From assembly GCF_003231495.1 (NCBI RefSeq), contig NZ_PQWO01000001.1, positions 489,308-553,307 of the forward strand: a DNA stretch of 64,000 bases, written 5' to 3'. Positions 8,054 to 17,968 of this stretch are shown here, piece after piece (the first letter of the stretch is position 1; the number at the start of each line of letters is the position of its first letter). The notes below the pieces were generated by a model. That model had not been told where the DNA came from, searched no databases, and was given only the letters and a program-made list of their open reading frames with translations. This DNA comes from Acaryochloris thomasi RCC1774 (GTDB lineage: Bacteria; Cyanobacteriota; Cyanobacteriia; Thermosynechococcales; Thermosynechococcaceae). A program made the translations under genes and the position numbers.

Positions 8054-10453
8054 ATGAACGATCTCAACCTTATCGCTACGCCTGAAGGAATTCGGCGGGC
8101 TGAGATTGCCCTGATAGAGATGCAGTTAACTAAGACCAAGTTGGCAGAGCGACTGGGATTAACTCGTCCACCAATAAGCAAGTTTTTCAATGGCAAGACG
8201 ATTAGAAATGAGAACTTTGTGACGATTTGCAAGACATTAGGGCTTGACTGGCGGATCGTGTGCGGTCTGCAACAGATTGAGACAGTTACTGATCAAGCAG
8301 CTCAAGCTCCTAAAGATGAAGATTCACTTGAGAAGATTATTCAGAATATTCGAGATGATATTCGGCCAAGAATCACAAGAAATCACGGGAAAATAAAAGT
8401 TTTAAATCTTGAAAAGCCTATTGACTTAGATGATATCTATATCAGCATTAATATCCTGGAAAAGGTAACTAGACGTAAACAACTAGAATTCATCGAAATA
8501 ATGAGGAGAAAGCCATACGACGAAGTCAATCTAACATACGAAAACGTCGAAGTTATGATTCGACAGCCAATATATCCTGATGATGTCGATCGTTTCAGTC
8601 GTGGCCCAATTAAGGAGAAACACGTACCAATTTTAGATGCAGTTAGAGATTACAAGAATCTATTAGTTCTGGGAAAGCCTGGATCTGGAAAAACAACTTT
8701 ACTGAAGTATCTTGCAGTTCAGTGTATTAGAGCAGGAATTAAATCTCAATGCATTCCCATACTCATAACTTTAAAAGAATTTTCTGAAGCCAAGGGTCAG
8801 CCTAGCTTATTAGAATATATACGCCAAGATTTTCTAGATAAAGAGAGAAAATATCTCGAAAAGCTTCTAATCAACGGGAATATATTGATTCTATTAGATG
8901 GATTAGATGAGGTTTATGTTTCTGATATATCTAGAGTGACGACAGAGATAAAGAAATTCTCAGAAAAATACATCGAGAATAGTTGCATAGTTACCTGCCG
9001 TATTGCAGCAGAAGAACACAACCTAAACTTTATAGATATAGAAATTGATGATTTGGAAGATCCAGAGATTAAAGCTTTTGCCACGAAGTGGTTTTGCAGG
9101 AATAAGAGCAAAATCAATGCAGACGATTTTCTGAAGCAATTAAAGAGTAACTCGCAAATTCTAGAGCTTGCGAAAACTCCCAAACTATTAGCATTGCTAT
9201 GCTTGATTTTTGAAGATCTAGGCAAATTCCCACATGATCGCTCAAGACTATACCGTGATGCTGTCAAAACCCTAGTTAAGCAAGAGAAAAGGGAAAAAAA
9301 TGGCAGCACACTTTATACAGAGCTTTCAATAGGACAGAAAGAAAAATTATTTAGCTATATTGCCTACGTATCATTCGTGGAAGAAAAATATTTTTTTGAC
9401 GTTGACTATGCAAAAAAAATAATTAAAAAATTCCTCATAGAATCATCTGTGCCAAATTTAGACAGACTAGATATCGATAGGTTTATGAATTATATCCAAG
9501 CTCAGAATGGGTTAATTGTAGAACGCGCACATGAAGTATATTCATTTTCCCATCTGACTTTTCATGAGTATTTTGTCTCAAGAGAAATCGTCGAAAGCAC
9601 TCACAGAGAATTATTATTACTTAATCTATCTCGAAAAATCTTAGAGAGTCGTTGGAAAGAAGTTATTTTGCTCGTTTCTGAAATGATCCCAGAGATAGAC
9701 ACTTTTTTACTGAATATTAAGCATGTAATTGATAACTCAATATCAGAGGATCAGGATATACAGAAGTTTGTTAAATGGATATATAAAAGAGCAAGTCATG
9801 AAAGTGATTTATATAAGAAAGCAGCGATCCGGGCTTTCTACTGGGGAACGGTAGGTTATGGTTGCTGTTACGCAGAAGAAATAGCTCATGCTTTTGAACT
9901 AAATTATTCTAGTTTTTCTAATTTAGACAGCATACTGATCTTCTTACTGCTTCGTTCAAAAAGTTTAGATACTCAGGGCTTGTGGGATCTTTGGGCTGAA
10001 ACTAACCTTTTCGATTATAACCGTGCTGCTTGGTCCAGGGAGTTAATTCAAGCTATTGATGTAGCCCTTTCACTTTTGTATGACCTTGATTATTCTGTAT
10101 GGAGTGCTTTGCAAAAACTTAGAGAAAATCTAACTGAATTTGAATCGTCAGATAGCGATACAGTATGGGATGAGTGGTGGCAAAGCAATGGTTCGAGTTG
10201 GGTATCTAAATTGAATGTAGCTCTGACTTCATATCTTGAAGCTGATATCTATGGAATTCATAGTGGTTTTAATAATGCCCAAACAAATTCCATAATTAAA
10301 TACTTGGAGGCTAATGCGATCCTTGTTGCTTGTTTAAAAAAATCGTCCGATACTAATTCTACAGTTCGAGAAGAAATTGAAAATACACTGCTGCTACCTA
10401 TTATCGAGATTAAAAGCTATAAATCATTCAAGAAGAAAGATATAAAACAGTAA
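8054..10453 (+). CDS. NACHT-domain NTPase (STAND family) with an N-terminal HTH; a bacterial NACHT-type antiphage candidate
   Basis: HTH-like N-terminus (LAERLGLTRPPISKFFNGKTIRNENFVTICKTLGLDW). Walker A LVLGKPGSGKTTLLKYLAVQC and Walker B ILILLDGLDEV are present. A long C-terminal region of ~400 aa is unassigned. The segment is AT-rich relative to its flanks. Confidence 0.75.
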   Translation: MNDLNLIATPEGIRRAEIALIEMQLTKTKLAERLGLTRPPISKFFNGKTIRNENFVTICKTLGLDWRIVCGLQQIETVTDQAAQAPKDEDSLEKIIQNIRDDIRPRITRNHGKIKVLNLEKPIDLDDIYISINILEKVTRRKQLEFIEIMRRKPYDEVNLTYENVEVMIRQPIYPDDVDRFSRGPIKEKHVPILDAVRDYKNLLVLGKPGSGKTTLLKYLAVQCIRAGIKSQCIPILITLKEFSEAKGQPSLLEYIRQDFLDKERKYLEKLLINGNILILLDGLDEVYVSDISRVTTEIKKFSEKYIENSCIVTCRIAAEEHNLNFIDIEIDDLEDPEIKAFATKWFCRNKSKINADDFLKQLKSNSQILELAKTPKLLALLCLIFEDLGKFPHDRSRLYRDAVKTLVKQEKREKNGSTLYTELSIGQKEKLFSYIAYVSFVEEKYFFDVDYAKKIIKKFLIESSVPNLDRLDIDRFMNYIQAQNGLIVERAHEVYSFSHLTFHEYFVSREIVESTHRELLLLNLSRKILESRWKEVILLVSEMIPEIDTFLLNIKHVIDNSISEDQDIQKFVKWIYKRASHESDLYKKAAIRAFYWGTVGYGCCYAEEIAHAFELNYSSFSNLDSILIFLLLRSKSLDTQGLWDLWAETNLFDYNRAAWSRELIQAIDVALSLLYDLDYSVWSALQKLRENLTEFESSDSDTVWDEWWQSNGSSWVSKLNVALTSYLEADIYGIHSGFNNAQTNSIIKYLEANAILVACLKKSSDTNSTVREEIENTLLLPIIEIKSYKSFKKKDIKQ

Positions 10454-10475
10454 GCTCATTAAAATCTATAAAATC

Positions 10476-10766
10476 ATGAGAAGAGAACAAGTCATTAACA
10501 TCCTGAAGCAATATGAACAGAATATCAAGGACTTCGGCATTAGATCTGTTTCTGTTTTCGGTTCGGTAGCCCGCGATGAAGCTCATCTAGATAGTGATAT
10601 TGATATCCTTGTTGACTTTTTAGAAGCACCTACCTTTGATCGCTATATGGATCTTAAGTTTTACCTCGAAGACTGCTTTGGACAAAGTGTTGACTTAGTG
10701 AGCTACAAAATGCTGAAGCCTCAAATTCGGCAAGCTGTCGAGAAGGAAGCCATTCGTGTCGCGTAG
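10476..10766 (+). CDS. mntA: MntA-type minimal nucleotidyltransferase (antitoxin-like)
   Basis: Nucleotidyltransferase signature FGSVARDEAHLDSDIDILVDF in a 96-aa protein. It overlaps the next gene by 11 bp. Confidence 0.75.
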   Translation: MRREQVINILKQYEQNIKDFGIRSVSVFGSVARDEAHLDSDIDILVDFLEAPTFDRYMDLKFYLEDCFGQSVDLVSYKMLKPQIRQAVEKEAIRVA

Positions 10767-11094
10767 TGTTCAGCTTTACCTTGAAGATATTTGCGCAAGT
10801 TGCACTAAAGTACAGCGCTACACTCTAAATATGACTTTTGAAGGCTTTATAGAAGACGAACGGACTTATGATGCAGTTGTTCGCAACTTACAAATTATCG
10901 GCGAAGCCGTCAAGAAAATTCCTCCTGATATTCGCGAACAGTATCCAACCGTGGAGTGGAGGAAGATTGCTGGTCTTCGCGATATTTTAGCCCATGCCTA
11001 CTTTAGTCTTGAAGACGAGACACTTTGGGATGTTGTGCTGAATAAAGTACCAGAACTATTCGAGCAAATTCAGCTCGTTATCCAAGAAAATTAA
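10756..11094 (+). CDS. hepT: HepT-type HEPN toxin (DUF86)
   Basis: 112 aa with the HEPN Rx4-6H-like motif RDILAHAYF. It is translationally coupled to the upstream nucleotidyltransferase. Confidence 0.7.
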   Translation: MSRSVQLYLEDICASCTKVQRYTLNMTFEGFIEDERTYDAVVRNLQIIGEAVKKIPPDIREQYPTVEWRKIAGLRDILAHAYFSLEDETLWDVVLNKVPELFEQIQLVIQEN

Positions 11095-11117
11095 ACAACA
11101 GATAATCTTGAGGTGAT

Positions 11118-12950
11118 CTAAAACGCCGAATAGGTTGAGATCGCATCCCCCAGTTTCTCCAGCACTTCAGCCATCGGCATCGCCCCTAACTCACCCGACA
11201 CTCGAGTCCGAATATTAAGGCTGTCGGCTTCCACCTCCTTGTCGCCAATCACCGACATCACCGGAATCTTCGCTTTCTCCGCATTACGGATCTTCTTGCC
11301 CAAGCGTTCGCCGGACGTATCCACCTGCGCTCGAATCCCCTGCGCCTGCATTTGCTCCACAGCTTTCTGAGCAAAGGGCAAGTGAACCTCACTCACCGTT
11401 AGCAAACGTACCTGCTCAGGCGCTAGCCACAGCGGAAAGTCCCCAGCATACTCTTCAATCAGAATGCCGATTAAACGCTCTAAAGAACCGAAAGGCGCAC
11501 GATGAATCATGATCGGACGGCTGCGATCGCCCTCTGCATTCACGTACTCCAGCTCAAACCGCTCCGGTAGGTTATAGTCCACCTGCACGGTACCGAGCTG
11601 CCACTCGCGATCCAAAACATCCTGGAAGATAAAGTCCAGCTTGGGGCCGTAGAAAGCGGCTTCACCAATGCCCTCAAAGTAATCCATCCCCAGCGTTTCT
11701 ACTGCGCGGCGGATCGCATTTTGAGACTTCTCCCAGGCTTCATCGGAGCCAATATATTTGTCTGACTCTGGATCTCGAAAGCTCAGTCGGGCCTTAAAGT
11801 TCTTAAGCTGCAGCTTATCGAACACCGACAGAATTAGATCAACGACTTTGAGAAATTCATCATCCAGCTGATCGGGCGTGACAAAGAGGTGCGAGTCATC
11901 AACGGTGAAGCCGCGCACTCTCGTGAGGCCGCCCAGCTCACCGGACTGCTCATAGCGATAGACCGTGCCGAATTCTGCCAGCCGAATCGGCAGATCTCGA
12001 TAGGAACGCAGTTCATTTTTATAGATTTGAATGTGGAATGGGCAGTTCATGGGCTTCATGACAAAGCCATGTTCTGAGGCGCGATCCTCGTCGTTCTCGC
12101 TCATGAGCGGGAACATATCTTCTTGATAGTTTTGCCAGTGACCCGAGATTTTGAACAGGTCCACGCGGGCAATATGGGGCGTCACCACCGGGAGGTAGCC
12201 GCGTTTTGTTTGTTCGCCCTTGAGAAAGTCTTCGAGTTGCGATCGCAACACAGTCCCCTTCGGAGTCCACAGCGGTAGTCCTGCCCCCACTAAATCAGAA
12301 AAGATAAACAGCCCTAGCTCTTTACCCACCTTGCGGTGATCGCGGCGGGCTGCTTCTTCTTTACGCCGCTTGTGCTCGGTTAACTGCTCAGGTGTTTCCC
12401 AAGCTGTGCCATAGATGCGCTGCAGTTGAGCCTTGGTTTCATCACCTCTCCAGTAGGCTCCCGCTACACTTTCGAGAGCGATCGCCCTTGGGTTGAGATC
12501 GCCTGTACTTTCCACATGGGGACCGGCACACAAATCCCACCACTGATCGCCCAGATGATAGAGCGTGATCGGTTCCTGTAAATCAGCGAGGATTTCTAGT
12601 TTGTAAGGTTCCTCTAGAGCCTTGATGCGGGTCTCAGCTTCTTCGCGGCTCACCTCTTCTCGAATCACCGGCAGCTTCTTCTTGATGATCTTCACCATCT
12701 CTTTCTTGATCGCCTTGAGATCTTTTTCGGTAAAGGCTGCAGAGGTATCGAAGTCGTAGTAAAAACCATTCTCGATCCAGGGGCCAATCGTCACCTGCGT
12801 CCCGGGGAACAGCTTTTGCACCGCCATCGCCATCACGTGCGAGGTCGTATGGCGGATCTTTTTGAGATCGTCTGACTCACTGGTGCGAGGCAGATGGATT
12901 TTTTCAGGCTGTTGCTCGGTTTGCTCTGCAGCGGACATGGGCGGCGTCAC
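11118..12950 (-). CDS. thrS: Threonyl-tRNA synthetase
   Basis: 610 aa with class II aaRS catalytic core motifs and an anticodon-binding C-terminus. Typical ThrRS segments are HRAPFGSLERLIGILIEEY and FELEYVNAEG. Confidence 0.95.
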   Translation of the reverse strand: MTPPMSAAEQTEQQPEKIHLPRTSESDDLKKIRHTTSHVMAMAVQKLFPGTQVTIGPWIENGFYYDFDTSAAFTEKDLKAIKKEMVKIIKKKLPVIREEVSREEAETRIKALEEPYKLEILADLQEPITLYHLGDQWWDLCAGPHVESTGDLNPRAIALESVAGAYWRGDETKAQLQRIYGTAWETPEQLTEHKRRKEEAARRDHRKVGKELGLFIFSDLVGAGLPLWTPKGTVLRSQLEDFLKGEQTKRGYLPVVTPHIARVDLFKISGHWQNYQEDMFPLMSENDEDRASEHGFVMKPMNCPFHIQIYKNELRSYRDLPIRLAEFGTVYRYEQSGELGGLTRVRGFTVDDSHLFVTPDQLDDEFLKVVDLILSVFDKLQLKNFKARLSFRDPESDKYIGSDEAWEKSQNAIRRAVETLGMDYFEGIGEAAFYGPKLDFIFQDVLDREWQLGTVQVDYNLPERFELEYVNAEGDRSRPIMIHRAPFGSLERLIGILIEEYAGDFPLWLAPEQVRLLTVSEVHLPFAQKAVEQMQAQGIRAQVDTSGERLGKKIRNAEKAKIPVMSVIGDKEVEADSLNIRTRVSGELGAMPMAEVLEKLGDAISTYSAF

Positions 12951-13255
12951 TTAGACCTATCTCAGGGAACCGTTCTATCTTATCGAACCTGCTGAGCTTT
13001 ATACCTACGAACATTTATCAGTACCTCCACCTGGGTGGAACAACTTAGAAAATTGTTTCAAGGCTGACGGGTCTCGCAGAGAATCATTGGCGTGTGTACA
13101 ACTCAGCTCAACACCTTTCCCTTACTAATCCTGTCTCGATAAAGCCGGTATTGGATAAGCAATGTCCACAGCACAAAATCTTAGCCATGCGTTGCATATC
13201 TTCTGAACAACCAGAGCAATGTGTACTCGTACGTGATCGTCAATGGGAGTTTCAT

Positions 13256-13837
13256 ATGCTTATTTCCACATTTGAACTACTGCTCAAATCTCAATTACCT
13301 GAACCTCCTAAGGGTGTTCCAATCGATCCAAAACTAGAAAAGCTAGGAAGAAAGATAATCCAGGGTTATTTTCTCACATTAGCAAATACGAATAGTTTCA
13401 AGATCGAGCTAGAAGTCATCTTTACTCTTAAACTGCCAAAAGGATTAGGAATCGAAAAATTTATCACCTTTGTCGATCCTGTTGGAAACAGCAAAGATAT
13501 GGCAGGAAGGATAGCTCCTATACAGAACGAAAAAGATCGCTATAAAACTGATAAGTTATCCCTAGCCTCGGGAGACACTATTCTTCTTATCTTGCAGCCT
13601 GATTTTATCAAGGATATGGATCTTCTTACTAAAGCTAACTTCGAGGCAAGAGGCTACGCAGAGCTGCGTCTTGCATCTGATAATACTCCTACAGGGAGGG
13701 CTGATGTTTTGGTCTCTGCCGAGCATCGAGGAACATTTTTCAGAAGTCTAGAAGACGGGAAAGATCTTGATATTGGTCAACTTTCCTACGGTTTAGCCGT
13801 GCAGAATAGTGGCCTTTTAACTCTCAAGACTCAGTAA
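13256..13837 (+). CDS. Hypothetical protein (start uncertain; the track ORF begins at 13094)
   Basis: ORF with no motif I recognise. AT-rich. The N-terminal 54 codons of the track ORF look non-coding. Confidence 0.3.
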   Translation: MLISTFELLLKSQLPEPPKGVPIDPKLEKLGRKIIQGYFLTLANTNSFKIELEVIFTLKLPKGLGIEKFITFVDPVGNSKDMAGRIAPIQNEKDRYKTDKLSLASGDTILLILQPDFIKDMDLLTKANFEARGYAELRLASDNTPTGRADVLVSAEHRGTFFRSLEDGKDLDIGQLSYGLAVQNSGLLTLKTQ

Positions 13838-13859
13838 AAACAAGCTCAGGGGAACTCTC

Positions 13860-14795
13860 ATGCCTAACTTTCGCCCAATTTCTAATAGCTGGGTTGCACG
13901 ACACCCCAGCCCTAAAGGGGTCATTCAATTTATTGGAGGAACACTGGTTGGGAGTTACCCTACTTGGTTCTATAAGAGCTTACTGCAGGATTTATTTGAC
14001 CAGGAATATACAATCGTTGCCCTACCATTTCGCTTTACCTTTCGACACTGGTCGGTTGCCTTAAGCTTACTCAAAGAGCAGCAAGCAATACGTCAAGAAC
14101 TCTGCAAAATCAGTCAATCTGCTGGAGTCTCTGATCAGACAATCGAGCTATATCAAGACCGGACCCAATATAGTTGGGTCGGCCACAGCTTAGGATGCAA
14201 GTATATTGCACTACTAGAATTGCTCATTGAGTGGCAACGCGATCCCCAACATCTCCAAAAATGCATCAATAAACTCACAGCAAATCCGGGTTCTCAGATC
14301 GCACAAATTAAGACAGGCTACCGCTCTTTGATTGAATCAGCGGCTCAAGCCGATGATCAACCTGTAGAGACAATTATCGATCAAGTTTCTATACTGCTGG
14401 CTCCAGTCATCAGTGACACGAAAGATGCGATTCCGCTTCCCTTTCTACCTCAACTTATTGATGGGCTTGGATTGGGGGCTACACCCACTCAAGAAGAGAC
14501 CCTAAAACTGATTGGCGACAACAGCTTATTCAACCTCACTGGATTGATTGATTTTCAGGCCGATACTTGTGCAGGCAATCGTAACAGCAAAGACAAGAAT
14601 CCAAAAACGGTACCTGCTCTACTTTCGATTCTGCAAGATAACAAACCGTTAACATCAAAAAACGTTCTTGCAGGAGGGCACGGTCGGCCTTGGTCGCCTA
14701 AAACAAAGGAGATTGCTGAAATTGTTGTCGCTCAAATTCAAACACTCCGTGCCAAAGCTGAAGCTAAAGAGGTACTCACTTCCTCGGCACCTTAG
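13860..14795 (+). CDS. DUF1350-like alpha/beta-fold protein (cyanobacteria/plant family)
   Basis: N-terminal HPSPKGVIQFIGGTLVGSYPTWFYKSLL...IVALPF pattern and a GHSLG nucleophile-elbow-like motif. Confidence 0.45.
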   Translation: MPNFRPISNSWVARHPSPKGVIQFIGGTLVGSYPTWFYKSLLQDLFDQEYTIVALPFRFTFRHWSVALSLLKEQQAIRQELCKISQSAGVSDQTIELYQDRTQYSWVGHSLGCKYIALLELLIEWQRDPQHLQKCINKLTANPGSQIAQIKTGYRSLIESAAQADDQPVETIIDQVSILLAPVISDTKDAIPLPFLPQLIDGLGLGATPTQEETLKLIGDNSLFNLTGLIDFQADTCAGNRNSKDKNPKTVPALLSILQDNKPLTSKNVLAGGHGRPWSPKTKEIAEIVVAQIQTLRAKAEAKEVLTSSAP

Positions 14796-14852
14796 ACTCA
14801 CCCCCTTGTATTCCGTTACAATCGCCCAGGAATTCTCTAATAGTGAATAACT

Positions 14853-15587
14853 GTGCTCTCATCTCCCAGCTCAATGCCTCACACCATTTTTCTTGATGCC
14901 GTTGGTACGCTATTTGGCATCCGAGGGACCGTTGGTGAAATCTATGGTCGATTTGCTGCTGAGGCCGGAGTGCAGGTCAATGCACAACAACTCAATCAGG
15001 CTTTTATCGAGAGCTTCTTAGCCGCACCGCGAGCCGCATTCCCTGGAGTAAAGCCAGCAGAGATTCCGGCTCGTGAGTTTGCTTGGTGGCAGGCAGTCGC
15101 AGATCAAAGCTTTACGAAGGTGGGTGTCATTGATCAGTTTGCTAACTTTGATGATTTCTTCAAAGTTCTATTTGATCACTTTGCTAAGCCCGATCCCTGG
15201 ATTGTTTATCCCGAAGTTCTGCAAACGCTGCAGCAGTGGAAGCGGCAGGGGATTGAGCTGGGCGTCATTTCTAATTTCGATACTCGGCTGCATTCCGTTC
15301 TAGACGTCCTAGGCTTGGCTCAGTTCTTCACGTCTGTGACGATCTCTACGGCGGTGGGAGCAGCAAAACCTCAGGCGGATATTTTTGAAGTTGCGATCGC
15401 AAAACACAAATGCAGCCCTGAACAAGCCATCCACATTGGCGATAGTTGGTCAGAAGACTATCAAGGGGCCAAAGCTGCGGGTCTGCAGGCCGTTTGGCTC
15501 TACCGTAAAGAAGACTCCATTGAGCCTGAGCGGTCATCGGCAGACAGCATCAAAAGTCTAGCGGAACTGCAGTTTAGCTCTGATTAG
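14853..15587 (+). CDS. HAD-superfamily hydrolase, subfamily IA
   Basis: Motif I IFLDAVGTLFG, motif III-like LGVISNFD, and motif IV IHIGDSWSEDYQGAKAAG. Confidence 0.75.
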   Translation: MLSSPSSMPHTIFLDAVGTLFGIRGTVGEIYGRFAAEAGVQVNAQQLNQAFIESFLAAPRAAFPGVKPAEIPAREFAWWQAVADQSFTKVGVIDQFANFDDFFKVLFDHFAKPDPWIVYPEVLQTLQQWKRQGIELGVISNFDTRLHSVLDVLGLAQFFTSVTISTAVGAAKPQADIFEVAIAKHKCSPEQAIHIGDSWSEDYQGAKAAGLQAVWLYRKEDSIEPERSSADSIKSLAELQFSSD

Positions 15588-15864
15588 CCCGCCAAGCTAA
15601 AGCCACAGACATAATCACGGTAGGACTCAGCACAAGCGCCAAAGCCACGCTACTGGTTGCCGGAAGAGGCAGCAGCGGTCCCAGATACCTAATCGCCACT
15701 GAAATTACGGCTGACAGAACCAAAATCTTGACCAGAAAAATCCAAAGATTAGCGGTGGCGTTAGTCGTCATAATTTACGTTCTTGACTGAATCCCCCACA
15801 GGGGATCGGGACCGGGGCAGAAAACCCTAAAATCATTGTAGTCGCCTGGGCCGATCCGCAAACT

Positions 15865-16581
15865 ATGCACATTCTGCTTGTCGATGATGAAGTAGAGCTG
15901 ACGAAACCCCTCAGCCGCCTCCTGAAGCGGGAGGGCTATAGCGTTGAGATTGCCGATAATGGTGAGACGGCCCTAAAGCTGATCCAAGACCATGAACAGC
16001 AGGGCAGCCCTTACCAGCTACTCATTCTCGACTGGATGCTACCTCACCAGAGTGGTTTAGAGATTTGCCAGCAGTTGCGATCGCAAGCCATTACAACCCC
16101 AGTCCTGTTCTTGACTGCAAAAGATACCCTAGACGATCGCGTCCAGGGTCTTGATGCGGGGGCTGATGACTATCTCGTCAAACCCTTTGAGCTACGGGAA
16201 CTCCTCGCTAGAGTGAGGGCACTGATCCGGCGCACCGAACAGCTAGCAAAATCCATTGAGGAAGACTCAACAACTCAGCGGATTGAGAGCGAAGGCTTAG
16301 AGCTAGATTTAGAGAGTCAGGTTGCCTATCGAGGGGGACTTGCGATCGCACTTTCAGATAAAGAAAGCCGGTTGCTGGCCTATCTAATGGAGCATCCCCA
16401 GCAGCTTTTGACCCATGAAGAGATCTACCAACAGCTCTGGCCTGCAGGAGAGACCCCCAACAGCAACGTCTTAGCCGCGCAAATCAGATTGCTGCGTCGC
16501 AAACTTGGAAGCCCTAAAGCCTCAGCCCTGATCCACACCATCTATGGCAAAGGATATTGGTTTAGCGCCGCAGCCCCCTAA
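15865..16581 (+). CDS. OmpR-family two-component response regulator (orphan; no adjacent kinase)
   Basis: Receiver domain MHILLVDDE...LILDWMLP with a winged-helix output domain (LLRRKLG...IHTIYGKGYWF). Confidence 0.9.
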   Translation: MHILLVDDEVELTKPLSRLLKREGYSVEIADNGETALKLIQDHEQQGSPYQLLILDWMLPHQSGLEICQQLRSQAITTPVLFLTAKDTLDDRVQGLDAGADDYLVKPFELRELLARVRALIRRTEQLAKSIEEDSTTQRIESEGLELDLESQVAYRGGLAIALSDKESRLLAYLMEHPQQLLTHEEIYQQLWPAGETPNSNVLAAQIRLLRRKLGSPKASALIHTIYGKGYWFSAAAP

Positions 16582-16694
16582 CGGATTAATAGCAACGATC
16601 ATCGGCGAAAGCAAAAGCGGCAACAGAACCGAGTGCTGTTTATACTGAGCATCTCGTGCAGTGCTGGAGTCGTTAATATCTTAGTGATACAGCC

Positions 16695-17156
16695 TTATGA
16701 AGAGATAGACCGCCTCTTTCGGGGAGTATTTTTCTCTGCACCATTAAACCCTGCCGCTCCTTTACCCCGTGAAGGATACTTTCCTGTAACCGCCAAATAG
16801 CCAGAGGGCAGCCCCCAGACTAAAAAGCCCATCACTGCTCGAGTAAAATTTTGAGTTTGAAAACTATCAAACACATAAATAACGTAGGCGCTCAAAATCA
16901 ATCCGCCAATAAGACGCAGAGTAACAGGATGACTTTTTGGGAAAAGACAAGCAACGGTGATAATCACATAAACCGCGGCCATTCCATAAAAAACCAAGGC
17001 TCCTGACGGTAAGCCACTGGGGTCAAGGGCTGTCAGAAAAAACATCAAGGCACAAACTAAGGATACGGCTGCGATTACAATGCGTGACCCGAGACTCATT
17101 ACTCCCACTCCACCAATGATGAACCTTCTAGTGCTGCTCTGAAGCCTTCTAAACAA
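16695..17156 (-). CDS. Hypothetical polytopic membrane protein
   Basis: Four predicted TM segments and no recognised motif. Confidence 0.35.
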   Translation of the reverse strand: MFRRLQSSTRRFIIGGVGVMSLGSRIVIAAVSLVCALMFFLTALDPSGLPSGALVFYGMAAVYVIITVACLFPKSHPVTLRLIGGLILSAYVIYVFDSFQTQNFTRAVMGFLVWGLPSGYLAVTGKYPSRGKGAAGFNGAEKNTPRKRRSISS

Positions 17157-17506
17157 GTGTGCCCATCAATATGGACAAAAGCTCAGAGTCCTAATGGAGC
17201 TCCCAACCCTAACTCATTTTTTCTTTTAGTAAATAAAATCTGAATATTCTGCGTAAAAGCTAGAGTCTCTAGCGATAATTAGGTCAGGGGTACACTGCGA
17301 CAGATGGATCTGCTGTGTCATCGGCAGATCCAGACATTTTGGAGAATGAACAATGTGGGAATCTTTTGTGACTCAGTTGTTCAGCTTTTGGGTTATTTGC
17401 TGCGCCTTTGGCTGCTATTTTTCCTTAGAAGTGCAGCAGGGCGATCGCTAAATCTTTCGACAAGCGATCAGCTTTCCCGAGATGCAGAACAGCTAAATTA
17501 AGACGA

Positions 17507-17968
17507 TTATAGGTTCGTGGATATATCCAGTTCTCGAAAACCGGTGTCTGGATCGACTTGTCGCCGGAATCTGACTTCGGGCATCAAGGCAATCACTAAC
17601 TCTAACGTTGTATAAACAAGACAGCCTTCAACAAGATGACCGCCTTTGCACTCGCCCTGTTGATTGGCAACCATCATATGTAAATGTACGCCGTCTACTC
17701 CTATCGTTCCTGATAGAGTCAAGACTTCGTGCTTACCGGGCAATTTTGTAGGCGTCTTGGCGTCAGCAAAACGCAAGTAGACGTGGGATAAACTGCCAAC
17801 GGCACTCAATACGGTACCGGCACTGATTTTTTCTTGCTTTGCGATTTCAAGCAGCTCACGGCGAACATCTGCCCCAGGAGCAAGCCGCAACGCAACAGTT
17901 TCCAGAGAGGCTTGATTTCTTGCAAGGCAACTCACTCTCGGCGAATGTATCATTCTCTGCCTCATCAA
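17507..17968 (-). CDS. PPC/DUF296-domain protein (predicted DNA-binding)
   Basis: The ~150-aa pattern ...GTVLSAVGSLS...LTLSGTIG...HLHMMVANQQG...GHLVEG resembles the PPC (plants and prokaryotes conserved) domain. Confidence 0.5.
   Translation of the reverse strand: MMRQRMIHSPRVSCLARNQASLETVALRLAPGADVRRELLEIAKQEKISAGTVLSAVGSLSHVYLRFADAKTPTKLPGKHEVLTLSGTIGVDGVHLHMMVANQQGECKGGHLVEGCLVYTTLELVIALMPEVRFRRQVDPDTGFRELDISTNL

Noticed and set aside
13094-13255. 54-codon N-terminal extension of the hypothetical ORF
   Set aside because: It contains in-frame segments that look like the thrS promoter/leader region. The internal ATG at 13256 is preferred, though without strong evidence.
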